Positions 24,463 to 34,894 of a stretch of DNA of 64,000 nucleotides are shown here, piece by piece. The stretch spans positions 186,001-250,000 of the forward strand of contig NIVC01001008.1 of the NCBI GenBank assembly GCA_002269645.1. Reading direction: 5' to 3'. The position numbers and the translations under genes were made by a program. The notes under the pieces were generated by a model, which was not told where the DNA came from, searched no databases, and worked only from the letters and a program-made list of their open reading frames with translations. Position 1 is the stretch's first letter, and every line of letters begins with the position of its first letter. Source of the stretch: Macrostomum lignano. Its lineage: Eukaryota.

Positions 24463-27400
24463 ATGCTGATGCATCTGATGGCGCTCTGCCTGCTGCTGCC
24501 ACTGAGCGCGGCGATTGACACAGCGGCCGTGAATGCGTCCAGCGAATACGTTGTGTGCACCGGCACGCTAGAAGCGGAACAGACCAACGAGGATTCCGTC
24601 CGGAAGTTCAAGGCCCTGCGCGATCGACTGTCCGGCTGCCAGTTTGTCATCGGCGACATTCATCTGACGCGAATAAAACAGGAACACTTCGATGAGCAGG
24701 ACGAAGTGTTAGACTTTGGCTTCCTGAACACCATCAAGGAAGTGACCGGCTGCGTGAAGCTGGTCGACTCTTGCTTTTCTTCGCCGCTGGAATTCGAAAG
24801 TCTGCAAGTGATCCGCGGCACCGGATGCGGCAACTCGAGCCTCTTACTGCAGTTCGACTCAAACTGCGCATTGCAGACGCCTTACGTCGCCTTCCCCAAC
24901 CTTCGCCACATCGGTGGCGGAATCATACTATACAACGTCTCCTCCTGCTACATTGAGCGCCACGTCAGCTTCTCGGAGCTCTTTGCCTATCCGATGGCTC
25001 CGGTTGTGTCGAGGATAGGCCAATGCAGAGACTTGGACAACGCCTGCCACAGCAACTGCACAGAGTGGCCTGAAGACGGTCAGCAGCACTGCTGGGGACC
25101 CGAGCTCCGGCACTGCCAGCCTCGCACTCGGTGCAGGCATCTCAGCACTCGCGACTGCCCCTACCAGAGGTGCTTCGTCGACTCCCAAGGCGGAGAGCGC
25201 TGTTGCCATGAGCAGTGCCTCGGCGGCTGCTTCGGACCGCTGGCTCAGCATTGCCTCGGCTGCAGGAATTTCGACAGAAACGGAACCTGCGTGCAAAAGT
25301 GTGAGTTAGAAAATTATTATCACCCTGGCGCGGCGCAGAACCTGTCCCCAGTTGAAGGCAAAATGCTGCCGCACGGGCCAGTGTGCGTCACCAAATGTCC
25401 TGGGTCCTACTTTACGGAGGATGGTTCGTGCGTTAAAAAGTGCATGTCGGAGCGAAAACCTGACGCAGATGGAGTGTGCGTGGCGGTAGACGAGTCCAGA
25501 GTGTGCGAAATCGAAGTGGGCGCGCTCAGCACCATATGCCATTCAGGCAATCCGCTAATGCAAGGACTAACAAATGCGAGCATGCTGTGTACAGAGTTTC
25601 ACGGCTCAGTCACTGTTAATCCCGACTGCTTTAGCGATGAACCCAAACCAGGGAAGGTTACAGTCGAACAGCTTTACACAATGTTCAGTCGGTTGAGAGT
25701 TGTCCGCGGGGAAATTCAATTGCTTCTTTTCGGATACAATCAACTGAGGAACCTGACGTTTCTGTCCCATCTGGAGCGAGTTGATGATCGGCCGGGTGAG
25801 AAGAAAAGTGGTCGAATTATGATCGTTGCCCCAGAAATTCATTTTTTCGGGCTGGCGTCCCTTCGCTTCATAAACAAATACATCATGTTCCTAGCTCTTC
25901 CCAATGGGTCAAGTGTCAGTCTCTGCACCGGCTTTATACCAAAGCAAGATGCGGTTAATGAATCGCTCATTCAACTCGGAGCCTCGACAACTTCAAACTG
26001 GCTTCGCAGTCCGGAAGGCTTGGATAACATCCGGGTGAGATCAATTTGTCCCATCAAGCCGGACAGCTGCGATCCCCAGTGCGAGCCTCGGTTTGGCTGC
26101 TGGGGCCCCGGCCCAACCAACTGCGTCCGCTGCCGCTCCGTCAAGGCTGGCCGAATTTGCCTGCAATCGTGCGAATCGAGTCCCGGATGGTTTCTAGTGA
26201 ATAGTACAAAATTATTGGAGAAGCAGGGCAACACCACTCTGGAGCTCATGTGCAGCAGGTGCCATCATTCGTGCGCCAAGTGCGACGGACCCGGTCCAAG
26301 CAACTGCACCGCCTGCTTGAATGGAACTTTTCTCGATGGCTCCGTCTGCGTCGCCAAGTGCAATCCAGAGACTCAGTTTGAGGACGTCTCAGCTAGAGCT
26401 TGCCAGCCGTGCCCGAAGATTTGCACTTCGTTGGGAAATGGAAAGCCAACCTGTACTGGCAACAAGACTTTAGTTGGCCCAGGTGGATGCCAGTTCTGTC
26501 AGCACGTCGTGGTGACTCAACAATCGGAAGCTGATTTCACACCGCTATTGAAATGCGGACCGTCCAGCTGTCCGGCCGGGTTCTACACGGCATTAGTTGA
26601 CTTCGGAAGCAATCAATTCAACAATTTCTCTGACTTTCTCGCCGTAAAGCGAACAGTGGATCTTCCCGTGACAATGTGCGCTAAATGTGCGCCGCACTGC
26701 ATGACATGCAAGGGCGCTAGCAACAAATGCACCGCTTGTCGGCACTACTCTATCGAACCGGTGCTGACGGACGAGTTTGAGTGCGAAACGCGGGCCGAAC
26801 CAGCGTGCCGAGACGGGTTCTATGCGGATCACGGAAATCAGACCTGCCGTCCGTGCGCGCCGCCTTGCAGCACCTGCTCCGGTCCCGGCGAAGGCGACTG
26901 TCTTCGATGCGTTGCGCCAAAGTACCTTGTACTAGCCGAGTCTGGAGACGGGCCAGTCGACGTGGAAAATTCGACCTCGTTCTGCACAGACACCTGTCCC
27001 GAGGACAGGCCCCGCCTGATCGCCAGCAAGCGCGGCCTCATATGCACTGCCGCCCTGTCCACTTCAATGATCGGCGTCCTGATCGGAGCCGCTGGCTTCG
27101 CGGTCAGCCTTGCCGCTCTGCTATCGTTCTGCTGCATCTGGCGCCGCCGCCGCTCAGTAATGCTGCCCGAGGAGGAGAAAGAAGAACTGGAGCCGATGCT
27201 CAACCGCGGCTACTTGGCCACCATATCCGAGAACGAGCTGGCGCGAGGTCCCGAAGTCGGTTCCGGCGCATTCGGCACCGTCTTCAAAGGCGAGTGGACC
27301 CCGGCGGACGGCGACGGGCGCAAGACCACAGTAGCCATCAAGATTCTGGCCGATTCCGGCGACAACGGCCTGTCGAGCGAGCTGCTGGAGGAGAGCCGCA

Positions 27401-28932
27401 TCATGGCCTCGGTGGACCATCCGCACTGCGTCCGACTGGTTGGCATCTGCATGACTCAGCCTCTCCAGCTGGTCACGCAGTTCATGCCGCTTGGGAATCT
27501 GCGCGACTTCCTGCGCGCCAGGCGCGAGCCCGGTCAGATTGGCGCCGCCCAGATGCTGCGCTACGCGGCGCAGATCGCCAGCGGGATGGCCCACTTGGAG
27601 CGCTGCAACATCATCCATCGCGATCTCGCCTGCCGGAATGTCCTCGTCTCATCATCGCGTTGCGTTCGCATCACCGACTTCGGGCTGGCGAAGGCGCTGG
27701 ATACCGCCAGCCAGGAGTACCAGGCCTCCGGTGGCAAGCTGCCGGTCAAGTGGCTGGCGCTCGAGTCTCTCATTAGCCGGCGCTTCACGCACAAGTCAGA
27801 CGTCTGGTCCTATGGAATCACGCTCTGGGAGATTTTCACATTCGGCGAGCCGCCCTACCCGAACGTGAAGCCGCAGGACCTGGCTGAGTACCTTGAGAAG
27901 GGCGAGCGGCTGCCTCAGCCGGCTGTGTGCATGCTGGACGTCTACATGCTGATGATCAAGTGCTGGATGCTGGACGAGCATCATCGCCCGACATTCGACG
28001 AGTTGGAGGCAAACTTCACCAAGATGTGCAGCCAGCCTGAGCGCTACGTATACAACCGCGGCGTCAGGCATCCGTCGCACTGCAGCAGCTCCAGAGTCAG
28101 CGGCAACAGTCGTGGAGGCTCCGGCGGCGGCGGACCAAAGTCGCCGCGGCACAGCAACAACAACAGGCAGAGCTTGGACGAACTTGACGACGCCTACGTC
28201 GCCATGGAAGACGAAGTCGCTGAAAGCGACTTGGACAACGACGTGTTTGTCGTCGATCAGTCAACGTTGAACACCTCGACCACCTCGACAGCCTGCAGGC
28301 GGCTGCCCCTGTCGCCTCAGCCGCTGCTGTATCCGTCAGTTCACCAGAATCAGCACCGGCAGCTGCTGCCATCAGCGCCACCGCCACCCGAGCAGCAGCT
28401 TTCGCAGCCGCCTCCGCCGCCGCCTCCGCTGATGAAGCCGCCGCAGCGCAGTTTCAGCGTCACCTCTGGTGGCCGGCGAAGAGCGGCTGGCCCGCCGCCC
28501 CCGCTGGTGAGCAGCAGTCCGCAGAACCAGTACACCATGGACCCCTGCCAGCCGGGGCCCAGCAACTCGGACTACTACCTGCAGCCCGTGTGCCTTTCGG
28601 CCGGCTCACGCCGGGAGAATCCGCTGCCTCTGCCGCCGAGGCTCTCGCCGGTTGCTACGCATCCGCTTGCGACGACCCCGACGCGGCCGCCGCTGCCGCC
28701 ACCGCTGCCGCCGCCTCTTCTACCGCCGCTGCTGCAGTCGGCAGGCAGCCCGGGAGCCGTGGCGAATCCGGAGTATTTCTTCCACTACAGCGGGGCCTCC
28801 ACCGCCACGGCCGCTGCTGACGCCCCCTCCGGCGGTGCCGCCAACGCCGCAACCGCCGCGGCCACGCCAAATCCGGCCTCCTCGAACGACAGCGGCATCG
28901 CCAGTCCGAAGTTCGAATTCGGACACGACTGA
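24463..28932 (+). CDS. egfr: EGFR/ErbB-family receptor tyrosine kinase, single-exon CDS, 1489 aa
   Basis: Signal peptide; L domain (VVCTG..., IKEVTGCV, LQVIRG); furin-like CWG/CHEQCLGGC repeats; second L domain; extended Cys-rich region; TM followed by RRRR. Kinase motifs GSGAFGTVFKG, VAIK, HRDLACRN, DFG, GGKLPVKWLALES and SDVWSYG. Tail ends with NPEY. Confidence 0.97.
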   Translation: MLMHLMALCLLLPLSAAIDTAAVNASSEYVVCTGTLEAEQTNEDSVRKFKALRDRLSGCQFVIGDIHLTRIKQEHFDEQDEVLDFGFLNTIKEVTGCVKLVDSCFSSPLEFESLQVIRGTGCGNSSLLLQFDSNCALQTPYVAFPNLRHIGGGIILYNVSSCYIERHVSFSELFAYPMAPVVSRIGQCRDLDNACHSNCTEWPEDGQQHCWGPELRHCQPRTRCRHLSTRDCPYQRCFVDSQGGERCCHEQCLGGCFGPLAQHCLGCRNFDRNGTCVQKCELENYYHPGAAQNLSPVEGKMLPHGPVCVTKCPGSYFTEDGSCVKKCMSERKPDADGVCVAVDESRVCEIEVGALSTICHSGNPLMQGLTNASMLCTEFHGSVTVNPDCFSDEPKPGKVTVEQLYTMFSRLRVVRGEIQLLLFGYNQLRNLTFLSHLERVDDRPGEKKSGRIMIVAPEIHFFGLASLRFINKYIMFLALPNGSSVSLCTGFIPKQDAVNESLIQLGASTTSNWLRSPEGLDNIRVRSICPIKPDSCDPQCEPRFGCWGPGPTNCVRCRSVKAGRICLQSCESSPGWFLVNSTKLLEKQGNTTLELMCSRCHHSCAKCDGPGPSNCTACLNGTFLDGSVCVAKCNPETQFEDVSARACQPCPKICTSLGNGKPTCTGNKTLVGPGGCQFCQHVVVTQQSEADFTPLLKCGPSSCPAGFYTALVDFGSNQFNNFSDFLAVKRTVDLPVTMCAKCAPHCMTCKGASNKCTACRHYSIEPVLTDEFECETRAEPACRDGFYADHGNQTCRPCAPPCSTCSGPGEGDCLRCVAPKYLVLAESGDGPVDVENSTSFCTDTCPEDRPRLIASKRGLICTAALSTSMIGVLIGAAGFAVSLAALLSFCCIWRRRRSVMLPEEEKEELEPMLNRGYLATISENELARGPEVGSGAFGTVFKGEWTPADGDGRKTTVAIKILADSGDNGLSSELLEESRIMASVDHPHCVRLVGICMTQPLQLVTQFMPLGNLRDFLRARREPGQIGAAQMLRYAAQIASGMAHLERCNIIHRDLACRNVLVSSSRCVRITDFGLAKALDTASQEYQASGGKLPVKWLALESLISRRFTHKSDVWSYGITLWEIFTFGEPPYPNVKPQDLAEYLEKGERLPQPAVCMLDVYMLMIKCWMLDEHHRPTFDELEANFTKMCSQPERYVYNRGVRHPSHCSSSRVSGNSRGGSGGGGPKSPRHSNNNRQSLDELDDAYVAMEDEVAESDLDNDVFVVDQSTLNTSTTSTACRRLPLSPQPLLYPSVHQNQHRQLLPSAPPPPEQQLSQPPPPPPPLMKPPQRSFSVTSGGRRRAAGPPPPLVSSSPQNQYTMDPCQPGPSNSDYYLQPVCLSAGSRRENPLPLPPRLSPVATHPLATTPTRPPLPPPLPPPLLPPLLQSAGSPGAVANPEYFFHYSGASTATAAADAPSGGAANAATAAATPNPASSNDSGIASPKFEFGHD

Positions 28933-29261
28933 ACACGAATTAACTGACCGATGTCTGCTTTCTGACATTCAAAAACAGGGTAATTGCCATTTTGGCCGTT
29001 GACGTTTTTATTTAAGAAAGCTTCATTATTGTACAGATTTTTCTGACCAGCCACTCTATCCTTCCGGCTCTTTATGTTACTGCATTGCAAGCCCCCGACT
29101 TGTAATATTATACCCAGCTTTTAGTTCAAAACTCGTGTCTCAATTTATTCTTTACCATCCCTAATCTAGTTTATTTCTCGAGTTGATGGATTTTAATTTG
29201 AGAGCCATTTGATATGCAAATGCTTTTAAACAATATATGCTGTTAAGTAAGAGCACAGTTG

Positions 29262-30256
29262 AGTATGGGAGTGGCTAATCCCCCAGATACTTCAGTATGG
29301 GAGTGGCTAATCCCCCAGATACTTCAGTATGGGAGTGGCTAATCCCCCAGATACTTCAGCATGGGAGTGGCTTATCCCCCAGATACTTCAGCATGGGAGT
29401 GGCTTATCCCCCAGATACTTCAGCATGGGAGTGGCTTATCCCCCAGATACTTCAGTACGGGAGTAGCTAATGCCCCAGATACTTCAGTATGGGAGTGGCT
29501 AATGCCCCAGATACTTCAGTATGGGAGTGGCTTATCCCCCAGATACTTCAGTATGGGAGTGGCTTATCCCCCAGATACTTCAGCATGGGAGTGGCTTATC
29601 CCCCAGATACTTCAGCATGGGAGTGGCTAATCCCCCAGATACTTCAGCATGGGAGTGGCTTATCCCCCAGATACTTCAGTACGGGAGTAGCTAATGCCCC
29701 AGATACTTCAGTATGGGAGTGGCTTATCCCCCAGATACTTCAGTACGGGAGTAGCTAATGCCCCAGATACTTCAGTATGGGAGTGGCTAATGCCCCAGAT
29801 ACTTCAGTATGGGAGTGGCTTATCCCCCAGATACTTCAGTATGGGAGTGGCTTATCCCCCAGATACTTCAGCATGGGAGTGGCTTATCCCCCAGATACTT
29901 CAGCATGGGAGTGGCTAATCCCCCAGATACTTCAGCATGGGAGTGGCTTATCCCCCAGATACTTCAGTACGGGAGTAGCTAATGCCCCAGATACTTCAGT
30001 ATGGGAGTGGCTAATGCCCCAGATACTTCAGTACGGGAGTAGCTAATGCCCCAGATACTTCAGTATGGGAGTGGCTAATGCCCCAGATACTTCAGTACGG
30101 GAGTAGCTAATGCCCCAGATACTTCAGTATGGGAGTGGCTTATCCCCCAGATACTTCAGTACGGGAGTAGCTAATGCCCCAGATACTTCAGTACGGGAGT
30201 AGCTAATGCCCCAGATACTTCAGTATGGGAGTGGCTAATCCCCCAGATACTTCAGT
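29262..30256. repeat. 32-bp minisatellite with 288-bp higher-order structure
   Basis: Unit GTATGGGAGTGGCTAATCCCCCAGATACTTCA; the variant pattern at 29489 recurs at 29777. Confidence 0.96.
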
Positions 30257-30802
30257 GAAAGATAAATACGCTCGTATGCTTGTTGCCTGTCTACTATTAA
30301 ATTTAAAATCTTTTTGCAGCTATATTTAGAAATTTAATCTTAATTTTTGCTATTTGGCAGCCGTACACTTGTAAAAACGTTTAGAGTAAACTCAAGTCGG
30401 AACTTTTTGCAGCAATATTCTTCTCCTATTCTTTGTTTTAATTACGTTTTAATTGTTTTAAATTTCCCACTTGTCAATCCACGCGCCTGATGTTATTATT
30501 TATCAATTGCTTTTGACACTGAACTAAACGGGCGCACTGTACATTACGCAGTTTTCTGTTCCTTTGTCGAAATTAGAATCTTCTTTGCAAATATCTGATC
30601 TGCGCCCCAATTGACGAAAAAATGCTAGCAGCGCCAGTGCTTACAAAAATATCTGTAGTTGCCTGATTATATTCGCAAGTACACACAACTTCTGAGGAGC
30701 TACCAAACTTGCATTGATGTCAGTACTGGAAACTTGCTCAGTATACAGTTTTCAAGTTTTATTTTTTCCCACGTCACGATGTAAATTCGATATAAAGACA
30801 GA

Positions 30803-31046
<244 letters not shown>

Positions 31047-31077
31047 AGGCAGTCAGGCAGGCGGACATTCGCAGCGG

Positions 31078-34000
31078 CTATCCAGTGAGCAGGTAGAAGC
31101 ACCAGTAGCACATGTTAAAGAGGGCAAACAGGGACGGAAAGGCCAGTCGGGAGTACTTGTCAATCTTGTTGACGTCCTTCACTCGCGGCAGTCGCTGTCG
31201 AAATTGTCGGGCTCGCCTACGCAGACGCCGCAGCAGTAGTTGCCGCCGTCGGCGTCGGCTAATCGACGTAGCTCGAGCTGACGTGTCGCCATCCGGAGAT
31301 TCGTCGCCGACGTCCTCGCAAACGCAGTCGGCCAGGCGAGGCAGGCTGCTGCAGCTGCGGCTACCCCTGGGCTGCGGGCCGCGGTGGCGACGGCGGCGAC
31401 GGCAGGGCACGTGGGCGCTCAGCGGATAGACTGGCAGCGGCGGCTCGTTGGGCGGCGGCGGCAGCAGCGGTGGCGGTTCCCCATCGTCATCGTCGGTGTC
31501 CTCAACAGCGGAAGCCGAAGCTGATCCTCCAGAGGCCGACGCCGCGATGGCGGTGGTGGCGGCGGTGGCTCGCCTGCTGCGGAGGCCAAGAATTGGCGAC
31601 ATGCAGGCGGCGTCCGAAGACACCGGCAGCGGCTGCGAGGCCACCTGCAGCGAGTGGACGACAGGGTTCGGCTTGATGACTACTGCAGGCAAGAATGGAT
31701 TTGGTGATCGCTTGTAGATGGGATAATTGTTGAAGCTGCGCAGGAAGGTTGAATGCATTTTGGATGTGCTATACATGTAGTTAGAGTACATGCACATGCG
31801 GCAGACGTGGCAAATGGTCTAGATTTGCCGGGGTAAACCACAGATACTAGAATTACTATATGGGCCACTCAGCAATACAATTGTGTGTAAGCTACTTTTA
31901 ATTCAGTAGTAAGTTAAACAAAAGCATTTTAATGTATTTTAAAGCCAAGGCTCATTTATTGGCTCTTAACCCACACCAGCTTAAACCCTCCAACCGCGCC
32001 TTTCCACTACCCCCCGACGCACCGTAATTTTATTGCCTTTCTCGGAAGCTGCCATGTACATTTTAGTGGACTGGCCAATGTACATTATTGCTGAACCAAT
32101 TAGCAAGTTGTTTACGCCGGCAAGCTTGGGCTTCTAAACTTTTCAAAGTTATTTCAGCTGGCTTTATTTTTATAAAATAGCGTATGTATTCTTCTTTGCT
32201 ACTGAACTGAAAGTAGAAAGCTGTTTTACTAAGTAAATATGCCTGAGTGGCCCATCTTATAGTTATTTTAGTATCTGTGGGGTAGATTTGCTGGGGTAGA
32301 CTTGCTGGGGTAGATTTTCTAGGGTAGGAGCTGCTAGATACATGCAGTATTTACCATTACAACAACTCAACAAGCAATGCACTGGCTGCAAATGCATACC
32401 GAATAGTTGCTGTATTCGCTGGCGGCCAGCCGCGGTCTTGCCCTCCTCCGCTTGGCCCTGGCGCCCCAGTAGGTGTAGTTGACCATGGCGTACTCCAGCA
32501 GCGCGGCAAACACGAATACAAAGCACATCACCAGGTAGATGTCTATGGCCTTCACGTAGCTGATGCGGGGCAGAGAGGAGCGCACGCCAGTGCTGATTGT
32601 CGTCATGGTGAGCACCGTGGTGATGCCTGGGGATGCGACAGGGGTGCACTACTGTGATTTCCTGATGAGGGATTTCACACTTGACACTGTCGCCTCCCGA
32701 TGAGGGATTCCCCACTAGACACTGTCTCCTCCCGATGAGGGATTCCCTACTAGACACGAGGGATTCCCCAATGGACTCTGTTGCCTCCCGACAAGGGATT
32801 CCCCAATAGACACGAGGGATTCTCCACTAGACACGAGGGATTCCCATTAGACACTGTCACCTCCCGATGAGGGATTCCCATTAGACACTGTCGCCTCCCG
32901 ATGAGGGATTCCCCACTGGACACTGTCTCCTCCCGACGAGGAATTCACCACTAGACAGTCTCCTCCCGACAAGGGATTCCCCAATAGACACGAGGGATTC
33001 TCCACTAGACACGAGGGATTCCCATTAGACACTGTCACCTCCCGATGAGGGATTCCCATTAGACACTGTCGCCTCCCGATGAGGGATTCCCCACTGGACA
33101 CTGTCTCCTCCCGACGAGGAATTCACCACTAGACAGTCTCCTCCCGATGAGGGATTCCCTACTAGACACGAGGGATTCCCCAATAGACTCTGTTGCCTCC
33201 CGACGAGGGATTCCCCACTAGACACGAGGGATTCTCCACTAGACACGAGGGATTCTCCACTAGACACGAGGGATTCTCCACTAGACACGAGGGATTCTCC
33301 ACTAGACACGAGGGATTCTCCACTAGACACGAGGGATTCCCATTAGACACTGTCGCCTCCCGATGAGGGATTCCCCATTAGACACTGTCGAGTCCCGAAG
33401 AGGGATTCCCCACTGGACACGAGCGCAGGAATAAATTGACAGCTGAGTCGCCGCACCCAAAGCCACCCTCGCCGATGTGGCCTCGTGGTTGATCCAGAAG
33501 GACACCCAGGACAGCATGACGATGAGAATGGAGGGTAGATAGGTTTGAAACACAAAGAATCCGACATTCCGGCGTAGTCGAAACACCAGCGACAGCCTCT
33601 GATAAGAGCCTGAAACGATGGGTTGGGGAATTGGGGAAAGAATTGGGAAGAATGACAAATAGTGAGAATTAACTAACACCCTGTTGCAGCAGGGCAAAAG
33701 GGCGGATAGAATGTGGGGTGTAGGGCGGAAGGAATGGCGGAGGGAATGGCGGAGGGAATGGCGGAGGGAATGGCGGAGGGAATGGCGCAGTGGATGGCGG
33801 AGGGAGTGGTAGAGGAAATGGTGGACAGTTAGGGCGGAAGGAAATGGCGGAGGGAATAGCGAAGGGAATATATCTATAAATCTATCAATTGCGTAATAGC
33901 GGAGGGAATGGCAGAGGGAATGGCGGAGGGAATGGCGGAGGGAATGGCGGAGGGAATGGCGGAGGGAATGGCGGTAAGAGCTGTCCGAGAAAGACAGACC

Positions 34001-34861
34001 CCTGCCTCACCCGTGGACAGCGAGATGGTGGTGCTGGCCACCTCGAAGTGCTCCAATGTGAACTGCGGCATCCGCACCCGGTCCGCTCCGTCTACAGCGG
34101 ACGGTCCGTTCTTCCATTGCATGGTGACGTCCTCCTTGGGATAGCCGTCTGCGCGTGGTGGGAATAAAGGAGTCTGACTTACTTCAAACAGTAATATAAG
34201 ACACATCATCGAATAGACAGATATATAAATCTTACAGCTCTCAATTTCCACCGTGCAGTTTTGCACATCCAGCGGGTAATAGTGCAGATCCATCATGCAG
34301 GCCAGAGTGGTGGTGAATCTGCGTTCCAGATCAAGTTTTCAGCCCAATAAGCCTTTAGAAAGATTAATATGAATACTACTATAAGTATTCCATTGTTTGC
34401 ATGTTTCTCTGTTTTAGCTCGTAGTGTCTTATTGCTTGTCTGAGCGGGGGGGGAGGAGGGACAGAGCAGCTCAGTGATACCGCGTCAGAGTACCCGCGGG
34501 TTCGAATCCGTTCTCAAACACTTATTTTTTGGGCTATACGCGGGATTCACACCCGTAAGGACCAACCTCAAAGACAAAGACTACATGTGTAGGTCACGAA
34601 TGACTATGAGAAAGTCAGGGGCGCTGTACACCCTGTACAACGGAATGAGCAGGACTGCTTGTCTCCTTGCTGGCTGCGGGTCAGCTGTCGCGCCTGTGAT
34701 TTGTGGCAGCACCGAACCCCCGTTACACCCCTCCCCCTACAGGCAGCTAAATAGTATCTGTCAGTCACTCTATCTGCCTGTCTGTCTGTCTGTCTGCTTG
34801 TCTGTCTGTCTGTCTGTCTGTCAGTCAGTCTTTCTGTCTGTCTGTCTGCCTGTCTGTCTGC

Positions 34862-34894
<33 letters not shown>

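Noticed and set aside
24771-29090. Numerous antisense and alternative-frame ORFs overlapping EGFR
   Set aside because: These are expected shadows of a GC3-rich coding sequence and show no recognisable domains.
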